Of a DNA stretch of 64,000 bases, positions 47,483 to 55,515 are shown in pieces; the first letter of the stretch is position 1, and the number at the start of each line of letters is the position of its first letter. A program made the position numbers and the translations under genes. The DNA lies in assembly GCA_044344255.1 (NCBI GenBank), contig JBIJDH010000023.1, positions 75,396 through 139,395 of the forward strand, read 5' to 3'. The notes below the pieces were generated by a model that saw only the letters and a program-made list of their open reading frames with translations, did not search any database and was not told the origin of the DNA. Source of the stretch: Myxococcota bacterium. GTDB lineage: Bacteria; Myxococcota_A; UBA796; UBA2385.

Positions 47483-47541
47483 CCATCTTCCCCGGCCACA
47501 CCGCGCGGGTGAGCCCTGTCGACCGCCGGGCCGCGTCCGAA

Positions 47542-49515
47542 TCAGGGGGCGCCGGCGGGGAGCTCCTCGGCCGCGGCGAGGCGGGCCCGCCCGGGGGCCG
47601 CGGCGGTGGGCGGCGCCTGGATGAGCAGCCAGACGCGGGACTGACCTGCATCGACGAGCGCGCTGCCGGACACCTGGAGCGCGGCGGACACCGCCTCCCC
47701 GCCGGGGGGCGCCACCGTGAGGCTGACCTCGACGGGCGGGGAGAGGGAGAAGAGCGCGGCCTCGGCGAGCGGGGCGGGGAGGCGGAGGCTGATGAAGTCG
47801 CCGGCCCCGGGCGCCTGGCGGAGCTTCGCGGAGGTCGGCAGGGCTCCCCACCTCGGAGCGGCGACACCAAGGTGATAGACCGCCTCTCCGGACTGGGACC
47901 ACGCGGGCGGCCCGAGGCGCGTGGAGAGGGCCTCGGACAGGCCAGGGGCGCTCGGGTGCACCCACAGCCAGGACAGCCCCATCGCCTCGCTGTACCGGAG
48001 CGCCTTCCCGAGGGGGTCGGTGAGCCAGGCGGTGCGGAGCTGGAAGTAGGCGGTCGGGAAATATCCTGAATATCCATTCGCCACCGGGTGCCCGTGCTGG
48101 AGCGCGCGCCGGAGGGCCGCCACCTCTCCTTCGTAGTCGATCGGCGCGTCGCCGGTGCTCATCGGGAGCTCGGCGCCGGCCGCGCCTGCAGGCAGCGAGC
48201 GGAGGTGCACCATCGCCGCCTCGGTGGCGGGCGTCTCCGGGGCGGGCACCGCGACCCGCGCGGGCAGGCTCCACATCTCGGCCAGCACCAGCGCGCCCAC
48301 GAGCGGGAGCCAGGGCCCGCGCGGCCAGCGCTCTCTCAGCCGCGAGAGGCCGACGGCGCCGAAGAGGGCGACGCCGAGGGCGGGGAAGGGGGCGACGTGG
48401 GCCGGCGAGCGCAGCCCGTCGAGCCCGGGGACGGTGGCGTGCAGCCAGGCATAGGGCGAGAGGGTGAGGCCGCCGAGCTCGAGAGAGGCGGCGGGTCCGA
48501 AGCCGACGAGGAGGCCCGTGAGGCTGAGCAGGGTGAAGGCGAGCCCCGCGCGTCCCGGCCGCCGCCGCCGCGCCAGCTGCCCGAGGAGGCCCACCAGCAG
48601 GAAGACCACGCCCATGTCCCAGGAGTACCAACCCTGGGCGTAGGAGCGCCCGAGAAGCCCGGAGCCCAGCCAGTGCCCGTCGGCCGGCGTGATGAGCTCG
48701 ATGAGGTGAAAGACCCCCACCACTTCGGTGAGCTCGCGGTGGTGACCCATCTGCCGCAGGCGCTCGAGCTGCGGGAGGAGGGTGAGCGCGAAGATCGCGG
48801 CCCCGCCGAGCAAGGCGGCGAGGGCGTGCGGCGCGAGGCGCCGGGCGGCGGCGAGGGCCCCGGGGTTTGGGTGTCGGAGGGGGGCGAGCGGCAGGAGGAA
48901 GGCGGGGAGGAGCAGCAGCAGGAAGACGAGGTTCTGTGACCCGGAGAGCCCGGTGAGCAGCAGCCCCGTCGCGGCCAGCCAGAGGTGCCGGGGCGCGGGC
49001 TCCTGGGACAGGCGGAGGGCGCCGAGCAAGCAGAGGTAGGGGAAGCCCTGGGCGACGAGGTGGGGGGCGCCGAGCTGCTGGCTCACCAGGGGCCCTGCGG
49101 CCAGCCAGACCCCGACGAGCCGGGCGAGGGGGCGGTCGAGGCCGAGGGCCTGAGCCAGGGCGGCGCCCGACCCGCCGAGCACGAGCAGATAGCCGAGCAG
49201 CAGGAGGTTGTAGGCGGGGACAGGGTCCAGCAGCGGCGCGGTGAGCCGCGACCAGGCCGCCATCAGCGGCTGGGGCTCCGACCAGGCGTTCACCCCGAGG
49301 AAGGGGGAGAAGAAGGGAGGGTCCCAGCCGCTCACCCCGCGCTCGGCCGAGACCCGCGCCCACTCGAGCAGCCCGAGGTGGAAGTGGGTGAGCGTGGCGG
49401 GCTCGGAGCCCGCGGGGGTGCCGTCGAGGAGGTGGGGCGCCCAGGGCCAGGTGAAGAGGAGGATGGCCCCCAGGATCAGGGCGAGGGTGCCGAGGGCGGA
49501 GGGCAGGCGGCGCAT
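47542..49515 (-). CDS. Polytopic membrane protein, GT-C/YfhO-like glycosyltransferase-type
   Basis: WDPPFFSP...AWSE N-terminal loop; many TMs; PGLDGLRSP; C-terminal HG.PVANGYSG. Confidence 0.7.
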   Translation of the reverse strand: MRRLPSALGTLALILGAILLFTWPWAPHLLDGTPAGSEPATLTHFHLGLLEWARVSAERGVSGWDPPFFSPFLGVNAWSEPQPLMAAWSRLTAPLLDPVPAYNLLLLGYLLVLGGSGAALAQALGLDRPLARLVGVWLAAGPLVSQQLGAPHLVAQGFPYLCLLGALRLSQEPAPRHLWLAATGLLLTGLSGSQNLVFLLLLLPAFLLPLAPLRHPNPGALAAARRLAPHALAALLGGAAIFALTLLPQLERLRQMGHHRELTEVVGVFHLIELITPADGHWLGSGLLGRSYAQGWYSWDMGVVFLLVGLLGQLARRRRPGRAGLAFTLLSLTGLLVGFGPAASLELGGLTLSPYAWLHATVPGLDGLRSPAHVAPFPALGVALFGAVGLSRLRERWPRGPWLPLVGALVLAEMWSLPARVAVPAPETPATEAAMVHLRSLPAGAAGAELPMSTGDAPIDYEGEVAALRRALQHGHPVANGYSGYFPTAYFQLRTAWLTDPLGKALRYSEAMGLSWLWVHPSAPGLSEALSTRLGPPAWSQSGEAVYHLGVAAPRWGALPTSAKLRQAPGAGDFISLRLPAPLAEAALFSLSPPVEVSLTVAPPGGEAVSAALQVSGSALVDAGQSRVWLLIQAPPTAAAPGRARLAAAEELPAGAP

Positions 49516-49627
49516 CGACCGCCCCCTATCCCCGGCCCGGAGGCGCCGGCCCGCAGGTTAGCTTGGCGCGATCGCCCGCTCCTGGAGGGCTCGGCCTCGA
49601 GCGGGGACAAGGCCTGGAACGAGCTGC

Positions 49628-50004
49628 ACTACGTGCTGCGCCGGACCAAGGCCGCGGTGCTCGACGACCTCCCGCCCCGCACGGAGGTGCAGCTCGACGT
49701 CGAGCTCTCTCCCGCCGAGCGCTCCCTCTACGAGGCCCTGCGCCAGCGCGCCCTCGAAGACCTCTCCGGCGTCGGACAGAAGGCGACGCCGCTCCAGGTG
49801 CTGGCCTGGCTCACTCGCCTCCGGCTGGCCTGCTGCCACCCCCGCCTCGCCGTGGCGGAGGCGGCCAACCTCGAGGGCAGCAAGCTCCACGCCTTCCAGC
49901 GCCTCAAAGACAAGCGGGACCTCGCCGATCAGCTCCTCGACGGCACGGGTGGCAGCGCCGCCCTCTCGACGAGCGAGCTCATCGAGGTGCTGCGGGGCGG
50001 GTGA
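49628..50004 (+). pseudogene. SNF2/SWI2 helicase remnant with internal deletion
   Basis: LRRTK..VL.DLP, LT RLR..CCHP, SKL joined directly to the SNF2 C-terminal KRDLAD.LL..; no ATPase lobe or HELICc domain, no start codon. Confidence 0.75.
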
Positions 50005-50536
50005 GCGGGCTCGGCGACAGGCCCGCGGGCCCCTCCTCGTCGCGCTTCAGCTCGTCGAGCTCCAGCCACAGCTCCGCGTAGAGCTGCTGGCGGAGGCGCT
50101 CGGACTGCTCCCGATCGACACCGATCGAAGAGAGGAGCGCTTCGTCGGGCCCGAGCAAGTGGACAGGGCAGACGCCGGCGGCCCCTTGGAGGCCGGCTTC
50201 GGTGTACTGGAGGGGGTACAGGCGGCAGATGAGCGGCCGGACCTCGGCGGGTGCCGTGCAGCCCTGGGGGCCGAGGAGGACGCAGTCCCCGTCTGCGCCT
50301 TGGGCCAGGAGGCGGCGGCTCCCGTCGGGGCGGAAGACGAGGTAGGCCCAGGTCGGGTCGCCCTCGACGTCGATGTACTCGGGGGTGGCCACCTTCCAGC
50401 GCAGCAGGTCGTCGCGGCCGGACCAGGCGATCAGCCGGTCACGGTCGGCCGGGCTTAGGTAGACCTCGGTGTCCTGGCAGCAGGTGCGCTGGTGGCGGGC
50501 GCAGCGGGCGCAGAGCGGCTCGGTGGACAGGGGCAT
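49979..50536 (-). CDS. YkgJ family cysteine-cluster protein
   Basis: CARC...CC, GDCVLL..GC....RPLICRLYP. Confidence 0.85.
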   Translation of the reverse strand: MPLSTEPLCARCARHQRTCCQDTEVYLSPADRDRLIAWSGRDDLLRWKVATPEYIDVEGDPTWAYLVFRPDGSRRLLAQGADGDCVLLGPQGCTAPAEVRPLICRLYPLQYTEAGLQGAAGVCPVHLLGPDEALLSSIGVDREQSERLRQQLYAELWLELDELKRDEEGPAGLSPSPLTRPAAPR

Positions 50537-50665
50537 GGGGTTGTCTCTCCCGGTCCCTCTTACTCGCCCCGGGCCGCGCAGGCCCCGACCCCGCGGCGAG
50601 GGCCTCGCGACGGGGTGGGATCGGCACCTTGACGGTCTCGGGATCGCCAGATAGTTCACTCATGA

Positions 50666-51121
50666 ATGAACCATCTCTGGAGCGCCCCCGTGAACCCGAC
50701 CCCGACTGGCTGGCCCCGTGTCTCCTCTTCGGCCTTCTATGATGACGCTGCGGCGGCCATTGACTTCGTGGAGCGCGCGTTTGGCTTCTCCACCCGCCTC
50801 CGGGTGGAGGGCCCCGACGGCAGCATCGAGCACTCCGAGCTCACCTACGGTGAGGCGGTGGTGATGATCGGCAGCGCGGGGCGCCTGCCCTGGGCGGTCT
50901 CGCCGCGGTCCTGTGGGGGGCAGAACACCCAGGCTCTCTTTCTTTACGTTGATGATGTAGACGCCCACTGCGCCCGCGCCCGCGCAGCCGGCGCCCGCAT
51001 CGACAGCGAGCCCGAGGACAAGGACTACGGCGAGGACTACTGGGCCGATCGCGGCTACCTCTGCACAGATTCCGAGGGGCACCGCTGGTGGTTCGCCCAG
51101 CGCCTCCGGAGCGCCGATTGA
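50666..51121 (+). CDS. VOC family protein (glyoxalase/bleomycin-resistance/PhnB-like)
   Basis: YDDA.AAIDF..AFG, H.EL..G, LYVDDVDAHCARA, D.EGH.W.F. Confidence 0.88.
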   Translation: MNHLWSAPVNPTPTGWPRVSSSAFYDDAAAAIDFVERAFGFSTRLRVEGPDGSIEHSELTYGEAVVMIGSAGRLPWAVSPRSCGGQNTQALFLYVDDVDAHCARARAAGARIDSEPEDKDYGEDYWADRGYLCTDSEGHRWWFAQRLRSAD

Positions 51122-51438
51122 GCGTCGAGGCCACCCTCAGCGCGCTCGCCGAGCCCACGCGCTTCGGCGTGGTGTCGCTCCTGCGGGAGGGCCCGCGCCG
51201 CGCCGGTGAGCTCGCCCTGGCCCTCGACTGCGCGCCGCCGGCGATGACCCGCCACCTCCGCGCGCTCCGGGAGGCCGGGCTGGTCCGCGAGGAGCCCCTG
51301 CCGGGCGACCGTCGGGTGCACGTCTACGCGCTTCAGCCGGCCCCCTTCGTCGAGCTGTCCACCTGGGCCGACGAGGCCGCCGCCCTCTGGACAGACCAGC
51401 TCGAGGGCTTCGCCGCCCATGTGCGAGGTCGATCATGA
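51118..51438 (+). CDS. ArsR/SmtB family HTH transcriptional regulator
   Basis: ALAEPTR, GELA, HLRALREAGLV; TTG start overlapping the VOC stop. Confidence 0.85.
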   Translation: MSVEATLSALAEPTRFGVVSLLREGPRRAGELALALDCAPPAMTRHLRALREAGLVREEPLPGDRRVHVYALQPAPFVELSTWADEAAALWTDQLEGFAAHVRGRS

Positions 51439-51923
51439 GCCACGACGTGCGGGTGATCACTACCGTGGCGGCCGATCCCGCCCTCGCCTTCCGCATCTTT
51501 ACCGAGGAGACCGACCTCTGGTGGCGGCGGGGCCCGCGCTGGCGCTTCACCCGCTCCCCGCGGAGCGTGCTGCGCTTCGAGCCCGGCGTGGGCGGCCGCC
51601 TCGTCGAGATCGACCCCGACGAGGAGGGCGCGGGCTGGATCGTCGGCGCGGTCGAGGTCTGGGATCCGGGCGCGCGGCTCCGCTTCTCCTGGCGCCTGCC
51701 CAATTTCGCCCCCGAGGAGTCCACCGCGGTGGAGGTGCGCTTTGAGGCGGTGGGCGAGCAGACCCGCGTCACCCTCGAGCACTTCGGCCTGCGCGCGCTG
51801 CCGCCCGGGCACCCGGCCCGCCACGGCGAGGCGGAGCGCGACTACCTCGGGCGGGTCGGCCGCTGGTGGGGCGCGCTGCTGCTCTCCGCCGGACAGGTCG
51901 CCCTTCAGCGCTCCGGTCGCTGA
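51435..51923 (+). CDS. SRPBCC/AHSA1-like domain protein
   Basis: AFRIFT...WW, FEPGVGGR, WDPG.RL..SW, T.VEVRF, TRVTLEH.G. Confidence 0.85.
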   Translation: MSHDVRVITTVAADPALAFRIFTEETDLWWRRGPRWRFTRSPRSVLRFEPGVGGRLVEIDPDEEGAGWIVGAVEVWDPGARLRFSWRLPNFAPEESTAVEVRFEAVGEQTRVTLEHFGLRALPPGHPARHGEAERDYLGRVGRWWGALLLSAGQVALQRSGR

Positions 51924-51947
51924 GGGTGCGCTAAGCTGGCCCTCACC

Positions 51948-53525
51948 ATGACAGACCACCGCCACTCGGCCCGGCTGACCCGCGCGCATCGATCAGCTCG
52001 CCACTGCGTCGGCCTCTCGCGACCGTGGGTGTGGATCCTCGCCCTGGCGGGCTGCTCCGCGACGACTGGATGGGAGGCGGGGCGCGAGCCCGGGGTCGAG
52101 CCTGGGCCGCAGGGCGCGGTGGACGGGGCGGATGACGGGGGAGGCTCGGGTGGCGCGCGCGACTCCGCGGGCGGAGACAGCGCTGCCGCGGCCCCCTGTA
52201 CGACGACGCTGCAGTACGGCGACGCCTGGATTCATGACGGCACCGCCCACCCGAGCGACACCGACGTCGCGGAGGGTCTGGTCACCTGGGACGGGGTCTG
52301 CACCCCGGACGCCGACGGGAACTCCTCCGCCTCCCTGTCGAACGGGTGGGTCCCCTACTTCTCGGGCCCGTCGGCCTGCGTGATCGGCCTCGACTCACCT
52401 TCCTCCTGTGGGGAGGTCGTCAGCGCCTGTCAGACCCTGGTCTCCTACGGCGCGAGCTGGGCGGCGCCCGCCGATCACCCTGCCCGCTGGGACCTCGTGG
52501 ACGGGCGGGTGTTCCCGATCTCGGACTGTTTGTCTGACGGCTCGCTCTCCCACCAGACCCTGTCGAATGGCTGGGAACCTCACTTCTCCGGGGAGTGCGC
52601 GCTCTCCTTTCGTTACGAAGGCTGCGGCGGACTCTATCAAAATCCGGTGGTGCCCCGGGACTGTCCGGACCCGGGTGTGGTGCGCGATGGGGAGCGCTTC
52701 GTCATGACCTGCACGGGCGCGGGCTCGGACGGCGGGGTCTTCCCATTGCTGGTCTCGACCGACCTCCGCGACTGGGAGGACTCCGGCAGCCTGCTCACAG
52801 CCCCGCCGGCCTGGTCGACGGGCGACCACTGGGCGCCCGAGCTCCGGCGCGTGGGCGAGGTCTGGCGGGCCGTCTACACGGCGCGGGCCTCGGACGGGCA
52901 GCTCTCGATCGGCACCGCCACCGCGCCCGACCCGCTCGGCCCCTGGACGGACAGCGGCGCGCCCCTCCTGCACGACGCCGGGGTGGGCCTCATCGATCCC
53001 TCGATCTTCGTCGATGACGACGGATCCCCCTGGCTGCTCTGGAAAGAGGACGGCAACGCGGTGGGCAGGCCGACGCCGATCTTCATCGCGCCCCTCGCGG
53101 CCGACGGCGGCGCCCTCGCCGGGGCCCCCACGGTCCTCCTCACCAATGACCAGCCCTGGGAGGGGTCCGTGGTGGAGGGGCCCTGGATGCTCCGCCACGA
53201 GGGGCAGGTCTATCTGTTCTACAGCGGCAACGGGTACGCGAGCAGCGCCTATGCGATGGGCGTGGCGAGGGCGGCCTCTCCGCTTGGCCCCTTCGAGAAG
53301 GCGGCCTCTCCGATCCTGTCCTCGACAGCGACCTGGGCCGGCCCCGGGCACGGATCGGTGCTCGAGGGGCCCGGTGGAGACACGGTCGTCGTCTATCACG
53401 CCTGGGAGGGCGCCCATGTCGGGGGCGCGCCGGGGCGCGTCGTGCTGCTCGACAGCCTGCAGTGGGTGGACGGCTGGCCGGTGGCGGGCGGGGCGCCCTC
53501 GGCCTCCTCTCGACCGGCGCCCTGA
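51948..53525 (+). CDS. Glycoside hydrolase family 43 lipoprotein with N-terminal duplicated Cys-rich domain
   Basis: LAGC lipobox; CPDP, WAPE, IDP, EGPW, YLFYS, GPGH GH43 motifs. Confidence 0.88.
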   Translation: MTDHRHSARLTRAHRSARHCVGLSRPWVWILALAGCSATTGWEAGREPGVEPGPQGAVDGADDGGGSGGARDSAGGDSAAAAPCTTTLQYGDAWIHDGTAHPSDTDVAEGLVTWDGVCTPDADGNSSASLSNGWVPYFSGPSACVIGLDSPSSCGEVVSACQTLVSYGASWAAPADHPARWDLVDGRVFPISDCLSDGSLSHQTLSNGWEPHFSGECALSFRYEGCGGLYQNPVVPRDCPDPGVVRDGERFVMTCTGAGSDGGVFPLLVSTDLRDWEDSGSLLTAPPAWSTGDHWAPELRRVGEVWRAVYTARASDGQLSIGTATAPDPLGPWTDSGAPLLHDAGVGLIDPSIFVDDDGSPWLLWKEDGNAVGRPTPIFIAPLAADGGALAGAPTVLLTNDQPWEGSVVEGPWMLRHEGQVYLFYSGNGYASSAYAMGVARAASPLGPFEKAASPILSSTATWAGPGHGSVLEGPGGDTVVVYHAWEGAHVGGAPGRVVLLDSLQWVDGWPVAGGAPSASSRPAP

Positions 53526-53527
53526 AC

Positions 53528-55195
53528 CTACGGCGGGCTCGCGCCGAGCACGGACGGCGGGATGACCACCGCCCCGAGCTCTCGCGGCTCCAGCTTGAAG
53601 AGGCCGCCGCCATAGACCCTCCCCTCGCGGGTGAGCGCGGCGGCGTCGAGCCCGTTGAGGTAGCGCCAGATCCGCTCGAGGGTCGTCGGGTCTGTCTCCA
53701 GGGCCCGCTGGAGGGGCGGCTTCGGCTGGAGCATCAGATAGACATTGCCCGCGATCGCCCTCGACCGGTTGAGGATGAACCGGAAGGGCCGCCCGCTTCG
53801 GCCCCGCCCCATGTAGGTGCAGAGCAGCGGCGCGGGGTCTCGACGCTCCTGGGCGTACCAGGGCCGGCGCTTGCTGCACAGGTAGGCGGTGGAGACCGCC
53901 GGGATGCCCGCCTCCAGGTGCTGCCAGAGGGTGGGGTACCGCGAGCGCAGCTCGGCTTCGGGCAGCGCGCAGCTCAGCAGCCACGCGGGACGAGCAAGCG
54001 CGGGGCTCCCGTCCGGCAGCGCGTCTACGCGGTCGGAGGGCAGGCGGCGCGGCGGGGGCAGGATGGGCCGGAGCACCTCGGCGGGCAGGCCGAGCGCGGC
54101 CACGCGGGCGGAGTCGAGGATGAAGAGCGCGTTGCAGCCGGTGGCGATGCCTCGTTGGACGCTGAACAGCTCGCCGAGCGGGGTGCCCTCCGCCACGGGG
54201 CGGGCGTCGGGCTCCACCGGGTAGCGGGACCACTTTGGCTGGGCGGACAGGGTCGGGAGGTCTATCCAGCGGTCCACCCGCGGCGCCTCGAGCGAGCCGC
54301 CGAAGGTGAATCGGACCTGGTGGTCAGAGGCGGGCGGTCTGTTCTCGAGGACCACGACGGCGGAGGAGACGAGCGCGTCGCCAAACTGGACCTCGGTCGG
54401 GTCAGCCCGGTGGACACGGTGGAGCGTGACCTGCTGGAGGAGGAAGCGCCGCACGGCCTCCCCGTATTTCACGTCCATGAACTCGCTGGGGATCAGCCAC
54501 ACGGCGATGCCGCCGTCGGCCATCCAGGGGCGGGAGAGGAGGAGGAAGTAGCAGTAGAGCCCCGCCAGCCCCGACAGGCGGAGGCCCGTGGCGGCCGACA
54601 GGCGCGTGTGGAGGCTGGCCTTGGCCTCGCGATCGAGGTGATGGTGCCGAACATAGGGCGGGTTCGCGAGCAGCAGGTTCGCCCCACCCCCGGGGGGCGG
54701 CGCGCGCTGCGTGAAGTCGGCCTCATGGACGGTGAGCCCTTCGGCGCCCCAGAGGGCCCGGGCGTGGCCCGCGACGACAGGGTCGAGCTCGATCCCCTCC
54801 GCCCCGTCTATCGGCCGCTCCCCCCGCAGGGCGAGCAGCGCCGAGTAGAAGGCGCCGGTACCCACGGCGGGGTCCAAGAACCGCAGGGCCGCTCCGGCGG
54901 GGAGGTGGGAGAGCCCGAGGCGCACCACCGCCTGCGCGAGGGCCGGCGGGGTGGCGTACTGACCGAGGCGGTTGCGCGCCGCGAGCGGCCGAGAGGCGTC
55001 GAAGGCGCGCTGCGCCTCCAGGCGGGCGGCCTCGAGGGAGGGCTGGTCACGGCCTGTCCGTGGGGTATGTAATGGCCCAGCGTGAATCGGACTCTCCGCG
55101 GGTCGGGTAACGAATTCGCGGGTGGCGGTCGAGCGGCTCGAGGGCCGATGGGGGGTCAGCGCCTCGGGCCCCGCAGGCCGAGCACCCCCATCCAT
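53528..55195 (-). CDS. N6-adenine DNA methyltransferase (gamma-type; XamI/Eco57I-like); start uncertain
   Basis: GQYATP, FLDPAVGTG (motif I), NPPY (motif IV), LYCYF, RGIATG.N..F, GRVYGGGL.KLEP. Confidence 0.85.
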   Translation of the reverse strand: MDGGARPAGPEALTPHRPSSRSTATREFVTRPAESPIHAGPLHTPRTGRDQPSLEAARLEAQRAFDASRPLAARNRLGQYATPPALAQAVVRLGLSHLPAGAALRFLDPAVGTGAFYSALLALRGERPIDGAEGIELDPVVAGHARALWGAEGLTVHEADFTQRAPPPGGGANLLLANPPYVRHHHLDREAKASLHTRLSAATGLRLSGLAGLYCYFLLLSRPWMADGGIAVWLIPSEFMDVKYGEAVRRFLLQQVTLHRVHRADPTEVQFGDALVSSAVVVLENRPPASDHQVRFTFGGSLEAPRVDRWIDLPTLSAQPKWSRYPVEPDARPVAEGTPLGELFSVQRGIATGCNALFILDSARVAALGLPAEVLRPILPPPRRLPSDRVDALPDGSPALARPAWLLSCALPEAELRSRYPTLWQHLEAGIPAVSTAYLCSKRRPWYAQERRDPAPLLCTYMGRGRSGRPFRFILNRSRAIAGNVYLMLQPKPPLQRALETDPTTLERIWRYLNGLDAAALTREGRVYGGGLFKLEPRELGAVVIPPSVLGASPP

Positions 55196-55512
55196 CCGGC
55201 GACGAGCCCGAGGCCGAGGCCCTCCCGCAGCTCCTCGCTCCCGCCGGCGTGCATCTGCCAGTCGGTGAGGGCCTGGCCGACGGGCGCGTCGAGGTGGAGG
55301 GAGAGGGCCACGGAGAGGGCCCAGGCGAGGGCCAGGCCGCCGATCAGCGCCGCCACCCCCCGCGGTAGGGACAGGCGGTCCCAGGCGACGCAGGCGGCTG
55401 TGGCGGCGCCGTAGATCGCCATCCAGCGGAGGGGATCGGGATCGTTGGCCTGCACCACCACCGAGAAGGCGAACAGCAGGGCGAAGAGGAGGTTGCTGAT
55501 GCGCAGGGCCAT
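55156..55512 (-). CDS. TMEM220 family membrane protein
   Basis: VQ.NDPDP..W..IY and RE..GL motifs. Confidence 0.8.
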   Translation of the reverse strand: MALRISNLLFALLFAFSVVVQANDPDPLRWMAIYGAATAACVAWDRLSLPRGVAALIGGLALAWALSVALSLHLDAPVGQALTDWQMHAGGSEELREGLGLGLVAGWMGVLGLRGPRR

Positions 55513-55515
55513 GGC

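Noticed and set aside
44699..47532. DGR template/variable repeat pair
   Set aside because: Mismatches are not adenine-specific, the match is short, and there is no reverse transcriptase in the window.
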